Below, in pieces: positions 1 to 9,726 of a DNA stretch of 64,000 nucleotides. Each line of letters begins with the position of its first letter. The stretch's first letter is position 1. Source of the stretch: Candidatus Latescibacterota bacterium. GTDB taxonomy: Bacteria > Latescibacterota > UBA2968 > UBA8231. The stretch spans positions 782,889 through 846,888 of the forward strand of contig OZ253462.1 in the NCBI GenBank assembly GCA_965261395.1. The letters run 5' to 3'. A program made the position numbers and the translations under genes. The notes beneath the pieces are model-generated. The model had not been told where the DNA came from and did no database searches. It saw only the letters and a program-made list of their open reading frames with translations.

Positions 1-163
1 AACTGGTACTGGGCGCAAGGCTTGCTCAGACGCCGACCAGCCTGTTTCCGCGATCCGTAATTTGCCTATATGAAAGCCGAACTGCCCATACCCCCTCCTC
101 GGATCACTTGGCGAGGCGTCGACTCTGAATCATGGAGGAGAACACCGGGATCCTGGCACGGAG

Positions 164-1150
164 ATGTTCAACTGGAATCCGTTCTTTCTCTCGGTGTCGG
201 TGGACGATGGACGGAGCTGGACCGGGGAATGGCCGATGAATCTGCTGGGCGGGCCGTACCATGACGCGATGATCCAGATGCCGAACGGGCGCATGGTCAT
301 GCCGAGCCGGATCTGCCACAGCAACAACCATCATCTGGGGATGGAGTACAAGCGGGTGAGCAGTTACGGCTATTGGAAGGGATTGCGCCTCCAAGTCAGC
401 GGGCACTATCACTATCCGGAGGTGGATATTGCGGCGGCGAGTTACTCGGATGACGAGGGGCGGACCTGGCGGATGTGCAGGGGGCAGTTGATGGGCTGGT
501 TCGATGCGGACGGCATTCCCAACGGGCGGGGCGGGATTACGGCAGTGGACGAACCGAGTGTTGCAGTGTGTTCGGATGGGCGCTTGATGATGATGGCGAG
601 GTCCACCGTGGGGCGCCTAGTGCAGACGTATAGCGAAGATGGCGGGGAAACCTGGACGCCGGTGCTGCCAAGCGATCTTGCGGCTTCGTATTCTCCACCG
701 CGGCTGCGGCGGATCCCCAGTACCGGAGACCTGTTGTGCGTGTGGAACCAGACGTCGCGGGAGGAGATCTTGAGGGGGTATCGACGGGGCCGCTTGTCTG
801 CGGCGATTTCAACGGACTGCGGGGCGAGCTGGTCGCATTTCAAGACGATCGAGGTCAGCGGGGGAATGGAGGATGTGGATCGGGTCCCGTCGCAGTATCC
901 CGTCAGTCCCGTGATCGCGCTGCCGGAATTGGGAAGTTTGCCCGAGGACTTCGCCACGTTTGACTATGCAAATGCGTGGTTCCACGGAGATCGCGTTCTG
1001 CTGATGTATCATCGAAGCTGGGTTGAGGCCGATGAACATTCCGCAGAGGCGGTTACGTTGGGGGAGCGGAAGAGTATAGCCCGCAAACCGGGGGAACTGG
1101 TGCTGCGCGTCTATCCGCTGGGATGGTTTTACGACAGCGACGGGCCCTGA
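164..1150 (+). CDS. BNR/Asp-box repeat beta-propeller protein, sialidase (GH33)-like
   Basis: 328-aa ORF with four Asp-box motifs (SVDDGRSW, SDDEGRTW, SEDGGETW, STDCGASW) spaced roughly 60-85 aa apart. An in-frame stop at 71-73 places the start inside the window (ATG 164 or an upstream non-ATG codon). Confidence 0.7.
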   Translation: MFNWNPFFLSVSVDDGRSWTGEWPMNLLGGPYHDAMIQMPNGRMVMPSRICHSNNHHLGMEYKRVSSYGYWKGLRLQVSGHYHYPEVDIAAASYSDDEGRTWRMCRGQLMGWFDADGIPNGRGGITAVDEPSVAVCSDGRLMMMARSTVGRLVQTYSEDGGETWTPVLPSDLAASYSPPRLRRIPSTGDLLCVWNQTSREEILRGYRRGRLSAAISTDCGASWSHFKTIEVSGGMEDVDRVPSQYPVSPVIALPELGSLPEDFATFDYANAWFHGDRVLLMYHRSWVEADEHSAEAVTLGERKSIARKPGELVLRVYPLGWFYDSDGP

Positions 1151-1282
1151 GACCCGTCCGGCGCGTGTGAGGAAACTGCCGTCCGGGCAACACCTGCCCG
1201 GCGCGGCTTCCCCTTGAGATGGACGGCTAGGGTCAGGCACAAGCTGACGCCCTATAGCCGCAACGACATGGAGCAATGACAA

Positions 1283-2170
1283 ATGGAAACTCGGACCCTC
1301 GGCAACACCGACCTGACCGTCTCTCGCCTCGGTTTCGGCGGTGCCCGGATCGGCTATGAAGATATGACGCCAGACCAGGCCGATCAGTTGCTCAATGGCC
1401 TCATCGATGTCGGCGTGACCCTGATCGACACGGCGGCCTGCTATGACGACAGCGAGGAACAGATAGGCAAGTGGATCGGCAGCCGGCGGGATGAATATGT
1501 CCTCGCCTCGAAGTGTGGGCACGTGACCGGCGGCGCAACCGGCCTGCCGTGGTCTGCCGACACGATCGCTCACAGCATAGATCGCTCCCTTCAGCGTCTG
1601 AAGACGGATCGAATCGACCTGATTCAGCTTCATAGCTGCTCGGCAGAGGTGCTAGCTGGAGGAGAAGCGGTCGAGGCCATCCTGAAGGCAAAGGAGGCGG
1701 GCAAGGTCCGGTACATCGGCTACAGCGGCGATGGGGACGACGCACTGTACGCCATAGGAATGGGCGTTTTTAGCACCCTTCAGACCTCGTACAACGTCGT
1801 CGACCAGGACGCGCGCCGCAAAGTCCTCCCGGCGGCCCAAGCAGCTGGCATGGGGGTCATCGCCAAGCGTCCCCTGGCAAACGCATCTTTCAAGACCGTC
1901 GCATCACGGTACGACTACGCGGACGTCTACTGGGAGCGTTCGCAGAGCATGGTGTTTCCGGAAGACGCGCCAACCCACGGCGTCGAGCTCGCGCTCCGGT
2001 TCAATCTTTCGCACGAGTTGATCGACTCCGCCATCGTGGGCACCACCAGGATCGAAAACGCCAGGAAGAACATCGAGACAATCGGAAAGGGCAATCTTCC
2101 CGCAGAGGTCATTGCGTCGCTGTTCGAGCAGTTCGACCGGGTGGGTGGAAGCTGGGAGCCGCGAGGCTAG
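1283..2170 (+). CDS. aldo/keto reductase
   Basis: N-terminus METRTLGNTDLTVSRLGFGGARIG, then IDTAACYDDSEEQIG and DLIQLHS, which are typical AKR signatures. 295 aa. Confidence 0.85.
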   Translation: METRTLGNTDLTVSRLGFGGARIGYEDMTPDQADQLLNGLIDVGVTLIDTAACYDDSEEQIGKWIGSRRDEYVLASKCGHVTGGATGLPWSADTIAHSIDRSLQRLKTDRIDLIQLHSCSAEVLAGGEAVEAILKAKEAGKVRYIGYSGDGDDALYAIGMGVFSTLQTSYNVVDQDARRKVLPAAQAAGMGVIAKRPLANASFKTVASRYDYADVYWERSQSMVFPEDAPTHGVELALRFNLSHELIDSAIVGTTRIENARKNIETIGKGNLPAEVIASLFEQFDRVGGSWEPRG

Positions 2171-2280
2171 CAAGTCACCGATGCAGATCCTGCCCGACAT
2201 TTATCTTCTCGTCGGCTTCGCAGTTGGCGAGGCAACGCGACAATCCGTTCTGGGGTTGGATCCGGAGGCAAAAGGAATAG

Positions 2281-4293
2281 TCAGTTCAAATACACCACGC
2301 TCAGCCCATAGACGATCAAACTCGGCACCTTGAAATCCACTCGTCCGGCGCGCCTGTGGTGCGGCAAAACCACGGCCTCCTCTCGCTCCGGATAGAGCCA
2401 TTCAACCCGCTCCACCCCTTGCCCCTCCGGCACCGCCAAGCTCACCTGCAGCGGCCCGACCGGCTGCGGCACCTCGATATCGCTGCTCTCATCCTGGCGA
2501 TAGTTGACCCAGTGCAAGACCAGTGCCTCGATTCCGTCCGGTTGCCAGGCCCGCACCCGCACGAACCACGGCGCGTCCGTCTCCAGCCACGCCGCCCCGA
2601 GCAAGTCATTCAAGCCCTTGAGGAATTGCCGTCCCAACGCGTCCCGCTGGGCCACCGGATAGACCAGCACCTCCTGCTCGGGGCGCAGCGCCACTTTTTC
2701 CGGCCCCCAGGTCCGTTTGCCCAGGTACTGCACCCCTGCCGGCACCCCACTCCGCCAGTCGGCCAACAAGCCCGCGGCATGCGGCGTTCCGTCCACATCC
2801 AAATCCCCGGTCGCACCGGCGAATACCACCTTGCCGCCGCCGGCCACATAGCGCCGCAAAAAAGCACCCTCGGCCGCTGTCAGGCGCTCTATTCCGGGCA
2901 GCACCAGCGCGGCGTACCCATCGCCCTTGGCCACCAATTGGGCCTCCAAGATCATGTCGAACAACACGTGGCCATCCTCCATATAGCGCCCCAATTGCTT
3001 GAGCGGCTCCACGCAGTCCGCCTCCTGCTCCAGCTCGGCCCGGCGCGGGTACACCAAGCCCACCTGCGACCAGGGACGGGCCGGATGGATCAATTCCTGG
3101 TGGCCGGCCAAAAAACTCTGATAGCGGCACACCGGCCCCATGTAATCGTCCAGGGCGTAATCGCTATTGGCGTCCTCGCCCCAGTGAAAGGCCAGTGCCG
3201 CGCTGTGGTTGGCTCCCGCCTCGGCGATGGACAGGCGCAAACGGCGGCCGTCGTACTTGTTGAGAACCATGGGCTTGCCCCCGCTCATGGCGTACGCATA
3301 GCGCGCTGACAAGCCCGTATCGGCCAAGTGCCCTTGGGCCACATTGCTGAAGTTCTTGTTGGCACCCTGGCTGTACCAGATATAATCCTCGCCCCGGGCC
3401 CAATCCTCATCCGGCACCAGGCAGCGCTCGTCCCAGGCCGACAGATCGTATTTGTGGTACCACTGGGCCAGTAGCAAATCCGGCTTGAGGGCGCGACCGT
3501 AGTCCACGAACAACTCGTCGAAGAATTCCTTGCGCCGCCGGTACACCAACCGAGCCAGCAAGCGCTCGATCCGCTGGCGCAAATCCCGCGGTGCCGCAGC
3601 GCGCATGGCTATGGGGGCGCTGTATTCGGCCGTAGCCGGCGGCCCGGCTGGATCGAGCCCGCGCTGCAGTTCGTCGTCGCTGAATTCCCGGGCCAAATGC
3701 TCCATCAAATAGTGGCGGCAATGGGCGCACTGGCAGAATTGCTCGAAATTGTGGTGCGCGTTAAAGCCGTCCATGCCCAGTTCAATGGCCTTCTTGACCA
3801 TGGGCTTCAACAGAGCCAGCCAATGGGGATTGCACATACACCCGCTATAAGTCCGGTACGGCCTACCCTCTATGGGCCAGCAGCGCAGTTCCCCGCCGAC
3901 TGTGTGCTGCAGGGCCACGGCCACCTCATTGCAGGGGGGCGGTCCCAATAAATTCTCTGTCCAGATCCGCGCCCAATTGCCAAACAGCCCCTTGCCCGTC
4001 TCGTGATCGCCATAGATCCAACCCATGCTCAACTGCCCCACCACCTTGGCTCCAGCCTCCTGGACGCGCGGGATGAGATCGCCGGCCAAGGCCAGATTCT
4101 CCTCGATGCCAATGCGGGGCATGCCCGCCCAACCGCGCTCGACCTCCGCATCGTCGGCCAGGCCGTAGAACATGGGGCCGTACGTCCCCATCTGCACCAG
4201 CTGCACCCGACCCCGCCGCACGTGCTCGACCAGATCTAGCCGCTGCGGCACCATCCAGTGCTCGGCCATCCTGTTAAACCAGAATTCCGCCAT
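2281..4293 (-). CDS. large conserved hypothetical, GH42-like (beta-galactosidase-like) TIM-barrel plus trimerisation-type domain
   Basis: Start trimmed to MAEFWFNRM (ATG 4291-4293), 1 nt after the stop of the upstream PhyH gene. Cys cluster FCQCAHCRHY. The segment YAALVLPGIERLTAAEGAFLRRYVAGGGKVVFAG resembles the GH42 trimerisation domain. The function call is tentative. Confidence 0.55.
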   Translation of the reverse strand: MAEFWFNRMAEHWMVPQRLDLVEHVRRGRVQLVQMGTYGPMFYGLADDAEVERGWAGMPRIGIEENLALAGDLIPRVQEAGAKVVGQLSMGWIYGDHETGKGLFGNWARIWTENLLGPPPCNEVAVALQHTVGGELRCWPIEGRPYRTYSGCMCNPHWLALLKPMVKKAIELGMDGFNAHHNFEQFCQCAHCRHYLMEHLAREFSDDELQRGLDPAGPPATAEYSAPIAMRAAAPRDLRQRIERLLARLVYRRRKEFFDELFVDYGRALKPDLLLAQWYHKYDLSAWDERCLVPDEDWARGEDYIWYSQGANKNFSNVAQGHLADTGLSARYAYAMSGGKPMVLNKYDGRRLRLSIAEAGANHSAALAFHWGEDANSDYALDDYMGPVCRYQSFLAGHQELIHPARPWSQVGLVYPRRAELEQEADCVEPLKQLGRYMEDGHVLFDMILEAQLVAKGDGYAALVLPGIERLTAAEGAFLRRYVAGGGKVVFAGATGDLDVDGTPHAAGLLADWRSGVPAGVQYLGKRTWGPEKVALRPEQEVLVYPVAQRDALGRQFLKGLNDLLGAAWLETDAPWFVRVRAWQPDGIEALVLHWVNYRQDESSDIEVPQPVGPLQVSLAVPEGQGVERVEWLYPEREEAVVLPHHRRAGRVDFKVPSLIVYGLSVVYLN

Positions 4294-4294
4294 T

Positions 4295-5089
4295 TTATTT
4301 CCCCTTTGCCGCGCCCGGCTCCGGCAGCTCAGCGGTAACCGGCTCGAACTGGCGCGCCACCACCCAATCGGGACGAGGATTCTCAACGTCGCCCGGCACG
4401 TTGTCGATGGCGGCGAAGGCGTAGATCAGACTGTAGCGCTGCGCGGGTGAGAAGTTGTGGTTCGAGCCGTGCACGATCCGGCAGTCGAAGAAACAGACGT
4501 CGCCAGCGTCGCCCTCAATCGGAATGATCATCGACTCATCGGTGATGTGCTCGCGCAGCGCCTCCGGCGTGATGCACCACTGCTTGTAGCTGGTGGTGAT
4601 CTCGTCGCTGTAGTGGTCCAGCACGCCCCAGTGATGTGAACCCTTCACCAGCGCGATGCAGCCATTGTTGCGCGTGTTCGGACCCAACATGACCAGCGCG
4701 GAGGCCAACCGATCGTCGACGCCGTCATAGCACCAGTAGCCGTAGTCCTGGTGCCAGAGCCACACGGTGCCCTCGAATGACTCCTTGTAGTTCATCTTGC
4801 TGTGGAAGATGTAGGCGTCGCGCCCGAAGATCTGCTTGATCGGCCCGGCGATCGGCACCGAGCGGCACAGCTCTCGGAACGGCTGCACATTGCGGTGCAT
4901 GCAGAACACCGAGCGCACCGGACCGCTCTGCTCGCGCACCACGTGCACCTCCGGCGGGTTGTCGGCCTGCTCAGACATCATCTCGTCGGCCGCCGAGCGC
5001 AATCGCTCGATCTGATCCGGCGGGATCAGTCCGCGCTGTATCAGAAACCCCTGCTCGCGATAGGTCGCCAATTGTCTTTCGCTCCACAT
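4295..5089 (-). CDS. PhyH-family Fe(II)/2OG dioxygenase (ectoine-hydroxylase-like subgroup)
   Basis: WLWHQDYGYWCYDG (HxD motif with EctD-like context), ALVKGSHHWG, distal His in RIVHGSNHN. 264 aa. Confidence 0.85.
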   Translation of the reverse strand: MWSERQLATYREQGFLIQRGLIPPDQIERLRSAADEMMSEQADNPPEVHVVREQSGPVRSVFCMHRNVQPFRELCRSVPIAGPIKQIFGRDAYIFHSKMNYKESFEGTVWLWHQDYGYWCYDGVDDRLASALVMLGPNTRNNGCIALVKGSHHWGVLDHYSDEITTSYKQWCITPEALREHITDESMIIPIEGDAGDVCFFDCRIVHGSNHNFSPAQRYSLIYAFAAIDNVPGDVENPRPDWVVARQFEPVTAELPEPGAAKGK

Positions 5090-5143
5090 GGTCGTTCATC
5101 CTCCCTGTGGCTTAAAGTCAAATCAAGCGTTCAAAAGCTGGCC

Positions 5144-5401
5144 CTAACGGCTCCCGTCGGCACCGCGCAGCGCCTCGACGCGCCATGCGAACTCTTCCTC
5201 CAGATGCGAGTCGCTCCCCTCGCTCCCCCGTTCGACAAACTGAATGTAGCCATCGCCATCGACAAACCAAGTCGTGGGCCAGCCATTGATGCCGGCCTTT
5301 TGCACGTACCCGTCGTCCGTTAAGACGGTAAAATCATATTCATTCTCCGCCATGAAGCTGTCAAGCACATCGCGCGACTTGTCGTTGCTGATGGAGATCA
5401 C
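5144..5401 (-). pseudogene. C-terminal fragment of a thioredoxin-fold (TlpA/redoxin-like) protein lacking the CxxC half
   Basis: 85-aa ORF with GTG start in a GTGA overlap with the TPR gene stop. Contains GINGWPTTWFVDGDGYI (cis-Pro/beta-strand region of redoxins), but no CxxC-bearing N-terminal half is present. Confidence 0.4.
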
Positions 5402-6990
5402 TTTCGCCCTTGAAGAGCTGCCTCGGCCTCGGTCGCCATGTGCTCGAACACTTGGCCTAAGTGATAGTGAGCACGGGTGTTTCTCTGCGAAAACTCCAGT
5501 GCCCGCTCAAGCTCTTTGCGGCCTTCCTCGATACTACCTGCTTTGTAGCTAGCCCACCCGATGGCGTCGTGGACGAGGCCCAAGTAGTAATTCAGACGAC
5601 CCTCTTCCCACTCTTCCTCTTCGGCTCTATCCATTATGGCTTGTATGCCGCCCCGAGCGAGTTCGGCCGCCTCCTCAGCGTATGGCGTGTGGTCGGCCAT
5701 CGAGATAGGAGCTATGGAGTACACTATGTGTGGGTTTAGCTGCTCGTACCGGACATATCCGCGAATCGCATCGGCGAGTTCCTCGGCCGGAATCGGGTTC
5801 ATGGCTTCAAGGGATGTGAAGAGCGTTCGGTACGCCCACCCGCGGTAGCTATCGCCGATGCTATCGTCGTAGAGGGGCTTCTCCAATAACCGATAGGCTG
5901 CGTCGCAAACGAGGCGAAGCTGGTCTTGGTACTCCTGCGAGTCCTCGCCATGCTCGCGCTCGATGCGGTCGAGCTCGGGCTGTAATCGTTGGTACTCCCG
6001 TTGGAACTTCTCTTGGTGGATCCACGACGCATGTCGACTCTCGGGAGCCAGTGCCATCAACTTCGCCTCAAACTCCGCCGCCTTCTCTTCGTCCTCTAGT
6101 ACGCTCCTGTAGGTTGTGGTGAGTAGAGCGAGGCCGCGTACGGTCTCCGGGGCCGCCTTTCGGTACTCGGCGATGCTGGCCTCAATAGCAGGGCGTCTCT
6201 CCTCGGCGGGGAGCAGATCCGTCTCGTTGAGGATCTTCCAATGCCAGTAGCGCACATCGGCGGAGCCCGGCGCGAGGCGAACCGCCTCTTCGATCATAGA
6301 GAGCGCCTCCTGTGGCTTGTTGGACTGGTATAGATACTCCGCAGCGCGACGGTAGCCGCTGACGTGGTCGGGCCAACGCTCTCGCAGCGTGGCCAAGGTA
6401 GCGAGGCTTGTGTCCACATAGGCGGGATCCTCCAGCGCGTACTGTGCCCAGTACTCGAGTTCCGCGCGGGCATGGAGGACTTCGGGATGCTGGAGTGTCG
6501 CCGCATCCAGGGAGTCCAGAAACGCCAGACCCTCTTCTACGCTTTTGGAGCGAAGCGCCTGAAGGTGTGTCGCGGCAAACTCCGGCCGAGGCAGCAGCCT
6601 CCAAGCGCGCGAGCTAGACTCGGCCGCCTCAGAGTGCTTCCGATCCGCCAGAAACGCAAGTGCTTGGGCGTAGAGTCCCCACGGGTTATCCGGCTCCCGT
6701 TCCAAGATCGCGTCGGCGTGCTCTTGGATCTCTCTGAGCCCGTACAACTGTCCGTGCAACTGACGCGCGTAGAGCGCTCGCAACTCGGCGTCCTCAGGTG
6801 CGCGGCTCATCCATTCCTGGCCGAATATGGCTCCTGCTTGGAACGTCCACAGTCGATTGTGCTCACGCAGCCTCGCTTTCGCCGCTTCCAGCTCTTGGGG
6901 CGAGTAGCGCTGCTCGGTCCCGCAGCTAGCACAGACGGCGAGAACGGCTAGAGAACCGGAGATCAAACGAATTGGAAATCGATACGACAT
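5398..6990 (-). CDS. TPR-repeat protein with N-terminal signal peptide (possible lipoprotein)
   Basis: MSYRFPIRLISGSLAVLAVCASCG hydrophobic leader with Cys residues. The rest is helical, with repeated A/Y/L patterns typical of TPR. 530 aa. Confidence 0.8.
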   Translation of the reverse strand: MSYRFPIRLISGSLAVLAVCASCGTEQRYSPQELEAAKARLREHNRLWTFQAGAIFGQEWMSRAPEDAELRALYARQLHGQLYGLREIQEHADAILEREPDNPWGLYAQALAFLADRKHSEAAESSSRAWRLLPRPEFAATHLQALRSKSVEEGLAFLDSLDAATLQHPEVLHARAELEYWAQYALEDPAYVDTSLATLATLRERWPDHVSGYRRAAEYLYQSNKPQEALSMIEEAVRLAPGSADVRYWHWKILNETDLLPAEERRPAIEASIAEYRKAAPETVRGLALLTTTYRSVLEDEEKAAEFEAKLMALAPESRHASWIHQEKFQREYQRLQPELDRIEREHGEDSQEYQDQLRLVCDAAYRLLEKPLYDDSIGDSYRGWAYRTLFTSLEAMNPIPAEELADAIRGYVRYEQLNPHIVYSIAPISMADHTPYAEEAAELARGGIQAIMDRAEEEEWEEGRLNYYLGLVHDAIGWASYKAGSIEEGRKELERALEFSQRNTRAHYHLGQVFEHMATEAEAALQGRK

Positions 6991-7040
6991 AGAGTACCTC
7001 CGTGTGCGAAATTACCGACCCTCCCCTTTACAGACCATTT

Positions 7041-8135
7041 TCACGGTGCAGAACCCGTTTGCAAAAACGCATTTAAGGTGTCCAAGTCCATGCCCTCAAT
7101 GCCCAGTTCGCTCACACTCCGCCCCGTGGCCCACCCATCAGCCCCCATCACCACGGACCCGATATCCACCAACCCGCGCATCAAAGGCGCGTCCACGCCG
7201 TATTGCGCGCCCACATCGTGCCAAGTTGAAAGACCGTATGGAAGATCCTCGCTGAGCCAACGGCTCTCGAGCGACCCGGGAGCTTTGAGTTGCGTGAGCA
7301 TTAGGCTGCCATTAATCGTTGCCCACAAATCCCCCCGAGGGCCAAAACCCGCGCGGTAAAACGCTTCATCGGCCGCTACGAGATCGTAACCCAAAGCTGT
7401 TGCGATGGCCCTCCGCTCTGCATCCACGGCCATGATCGTCTCTGCCACCGATGGGGATACCCCTTCTTCGTAGAAATAGAACTCACCGTGCGAATATTCG
7501 ATTCGTCCTGCGTTCATCAACACACCCGCAGGATGCACGACCGGATTCATCGCGGACAAACCACAGGCCATCACGGTGGGATAGGTCTGAATGCCCGGGA
7601 ACAGCGACGACAGACGAGCGCGCACGCGATCTGTTTCTGTCGCTGGCAACCCCCCCAAGCCCAAGCCCGTCACGGCACCCCAAATCGTCGCGGTATCCGG
7701 TGCTGTTTTCCGACACACATAAGGCGCGGTATCTACCTCCGCAAGCACGATGTCTGCTACTCCTTGGTCGCGCAATAGTGTCGCCCATTCCAATGTGCCC
7801 AATGTGCCCGGCATCAGCACGACCATGTGTCCAGGTCTGAGATGGGGGGCGCAGGCAATGGCAAATGGTTTGTGGGCATACGCCGGCACGATTAACAGGA
7901 TCAAGTCAGACGCATTCAGAGCCGCTTCAATATCCGTGGTCGTGCAGTGAATTTTTGCGGCCCCCACCTCTTCGACCCCCACCAAATGAATCACGCCTTG
8001 GTCGCGCACCGGATCGAGCGTGTGCCCAAATTCTGGCAATTCGCAAAGCGTAATATCAAAACCTTTCAGGGTCAGATTTGCAGCCGTGGCAAATGCCGTA
8101 TTGCCGCCGCCGAGAATGGTAATGTGTTCGGACAT
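7041..8135 (-). CDS. NAD(P)-dependent opine (octopine/nopaline) dehydrogenase family protein
   Basis: Rossmann start ITILGGGNTAFATAANL followed by LLIVPAYAH and a C-terminal helical domain, as in opine dehydrogenases. 364 aa. Confidence 0.7.
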   Translation of the reverse strand: MSEHITILGGGNTAFATAANLTLKGFDITLCELPEFGHTLDPVRDQGVIHLVGVEEVGAAKIHCTTTDIEAALNASDLILLIVPAYAHKPFAIACAPHLRPGHMVVLMPGTLGTLEWATLLRDQGVADIVLAEVDTAPYVCRKTAPDTATIWGAVTGLGLGGLPATETDRVRARLSSLFPGIQTYPTVMACGLSAMNPVVHPAGVLMNAGRIEYSHGEFYFYEEGVSPSVAETIMAVDAERRAIATALGYDLVAADEAFYRAGFGPRGDLWATINGSLMLTQLKAPGSLESRWLSEDLPYGLSTWHDVGAQYGVDAPLMRGLVDIGSVVMGADGWATGRSVSELGIEGMDLDTLNAFLQTGSAP

Positions 8136-8250
8136 GGAAGTATCCTTTTTTCCTTTGCCTTAGACGACGTTCTCTGGCGACCGCCAGCGGGTTCCTGAGT
8201 CCATCGCCCTACGCATTATTTCGCACAGCTTTTGGCTTGTGATCGGGTGC

Positions 8251-9693
8251 TCAATAGAGGTCGTCTTTTGTCGTAATGGAGCACCAGCGCGAGTTGAACA
8301 GTGCGCGGAGCAAAATATCCCGTGCGTCGGGCGTGTCCACTTGTTTTAACCCATAAGCGGCGTAAAATCGGTTGTAGCGATTCTCGTCCTCGAGCATCTC
8401 GCGCAATGCCTCAAGCGCAATACAACCCGCTTCGCCGGACTTGGCCAAGGTTAGCGCGGCGTTGCGGCGCACGCGGTAGTCCTCATCGCCGAGTGCTGCT
8501 GTCAAGTCAGCAATCAGCTCATCAGAAAAAACGCCGATGGCGCTCAAAGCCTCAATCGCATTGCGGCGCACCCACCAGTGGCGATCACTCATCGCCTTTC
8601 TCAGGGCGGGTTCTGCCTCCATTGCGCTCGCGCCCAAGCGTCCCAACACATGGGCGGCGACCGCCCGCACCCACCAGTGCTCATCGGACAACATCTCCGC
8701 CAAAGCCCCTGCGGCCGGTCCGCCTATCGACGCCAATGCCAGCGCCGCACAACCGCTCGTGGGATTGGTTCCGTGGGCATTATCCGGTGTCTTGGCCTCG
8801 GTCTCTTCGATCGTGGCCAGTGCTTCCTCCCGCATGGCGGCGACGAGTTCAGGCACGGCCGGCGCGCCAAACTCGGCCAGCCCATACGCCGCATCCAACC
8901 GCTCGCCCTCCGATCCGCGCTTCAAGACCGAGAGCAAGTCTTTCGTATTGCCATTTGGAGGCCGCTGTTTTTTTGCGGGTTTCCCGCACAACCAGTGCCA
9001 GACATCTCGTGATAGGGCCGGATGCCGATCCTCCATGCCGGGCGACCACGCACGACTTTGATGATCCCAAGTCGGTTTCTCTGGCTCCCGTGTACGCGCA
9101 AACTGAAATTTCAGCATATACCGATCTTTGCTACTGACATTCTCTGTTGCGCGATGCCAAGAATCAAAGTGAATGAGCGCCACCGTCCCCGCAGGACCGC
9201 AAAATGCCCGCGCTTCTTCCTGCGTTTTTTCGGGATCCACATCGCTAATGGTTTTGTACATCTGCATCCCGGGCAACACCCCCGACGGCCCCATATCCTC
9301 TGTCGTGTCTTGCGGAAAGTAAAAAGCGAGCACCCAATAAAATCTCGGATGCCGCAAATTGTGATCGTACACATAACAATCCTTGTGCCATTGCTGTCCT
9401 TGTCGCCCGGGCGGATTCAAGTGGCAATGTCGATGGGGGTTCAAAATGTAATCTGGCCCCAATAAACTGGTCAGGGCGCCCTGCACATTGGGGTGCTCAA
9501 ACACGCGCCCGATCTGCGGAACCCGAGGCAAAATGTTATTTCCGGGATTGCCTTCTTCCGCAAAAACCGCCTCAATCTGATCGCGAATACCGGCGTGAAA
9601 TGAGGGTGGATAATCCGCCTGCACAGTCAGACATCCATCCACGATAAATCGCTGCACCTCTTCGTCGCTCAACAACTGAATTGAATCCGCCAT
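8251..9693 (-). CDS. PhyH-family dioxygenase fused to C-terminal HEAT (PBS-lyase-type) repeats
   Basis: N-terminal half: QWHKDC (HxD), FYFPQDTTEDMGPSGVLPG, FDSWHRAT. C-terminal half: repeated HWWVRAVAAHVLGRLG, HWWVRRNAIEALSAIG and DYRVRRNAALTLAKSG units. 480 aa. Confidence 0.85.
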   Translation of the reverse strand: MADSIQLLSDEEVQRFIVDGCLTVQADYPPSFHAGIRDQIEAVFAEEGNPGNNILPRVPQIGRVFEHPNVQGALTSLLGPDYILNPHRHCHLNPPGRQGQQWHKDCYVYDHNLRHPRFYWVLAFYFPQDTTEDMGPSGVLPGMQMYKTISDVDPEKTQEEARAFCGPAGTVALIHFDSWHRATENVSSKDRYMLKFQFARTREPEKPTWDHQSRAWSPGMEDRHPALSRDVWHWLCGKPAKKQRPPNGNTKDLLSVLKRGSEGERLDAAYGLAEFGAPAVPELVAAMREEALATIEETEAKTPDNAHGTNPTSGCAALALASIGGPAAGALAEMLSDEHWWVRAVAAHVLGRLGASAMEAEPALRKAMSDRHWWVRRNAIEALSAIGVFSDELIADLTAALGDEDYRVRRNAALTLAKSGEAGCIALEALREMLEDENRYNRFYAAYGLKQVDTPDARDILLRALFNSRWCSITTKDDLY

Positions 9694-9726
9694 AGGAAAC
9701 TCCTCCGCTAAAAATTTCTACGATCA

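Noticed and set aside
70-264. A 64-aa ORF overlapping the start of the BNR gene in another frame, considered as a frameshifted N-terminus of the sialidase-like protein.
   Set aside because: Its translation shows no sialidase or BNR features, so there is no evidence for a frameshift. The true N-terminus of the BNR gene remains uncertain.
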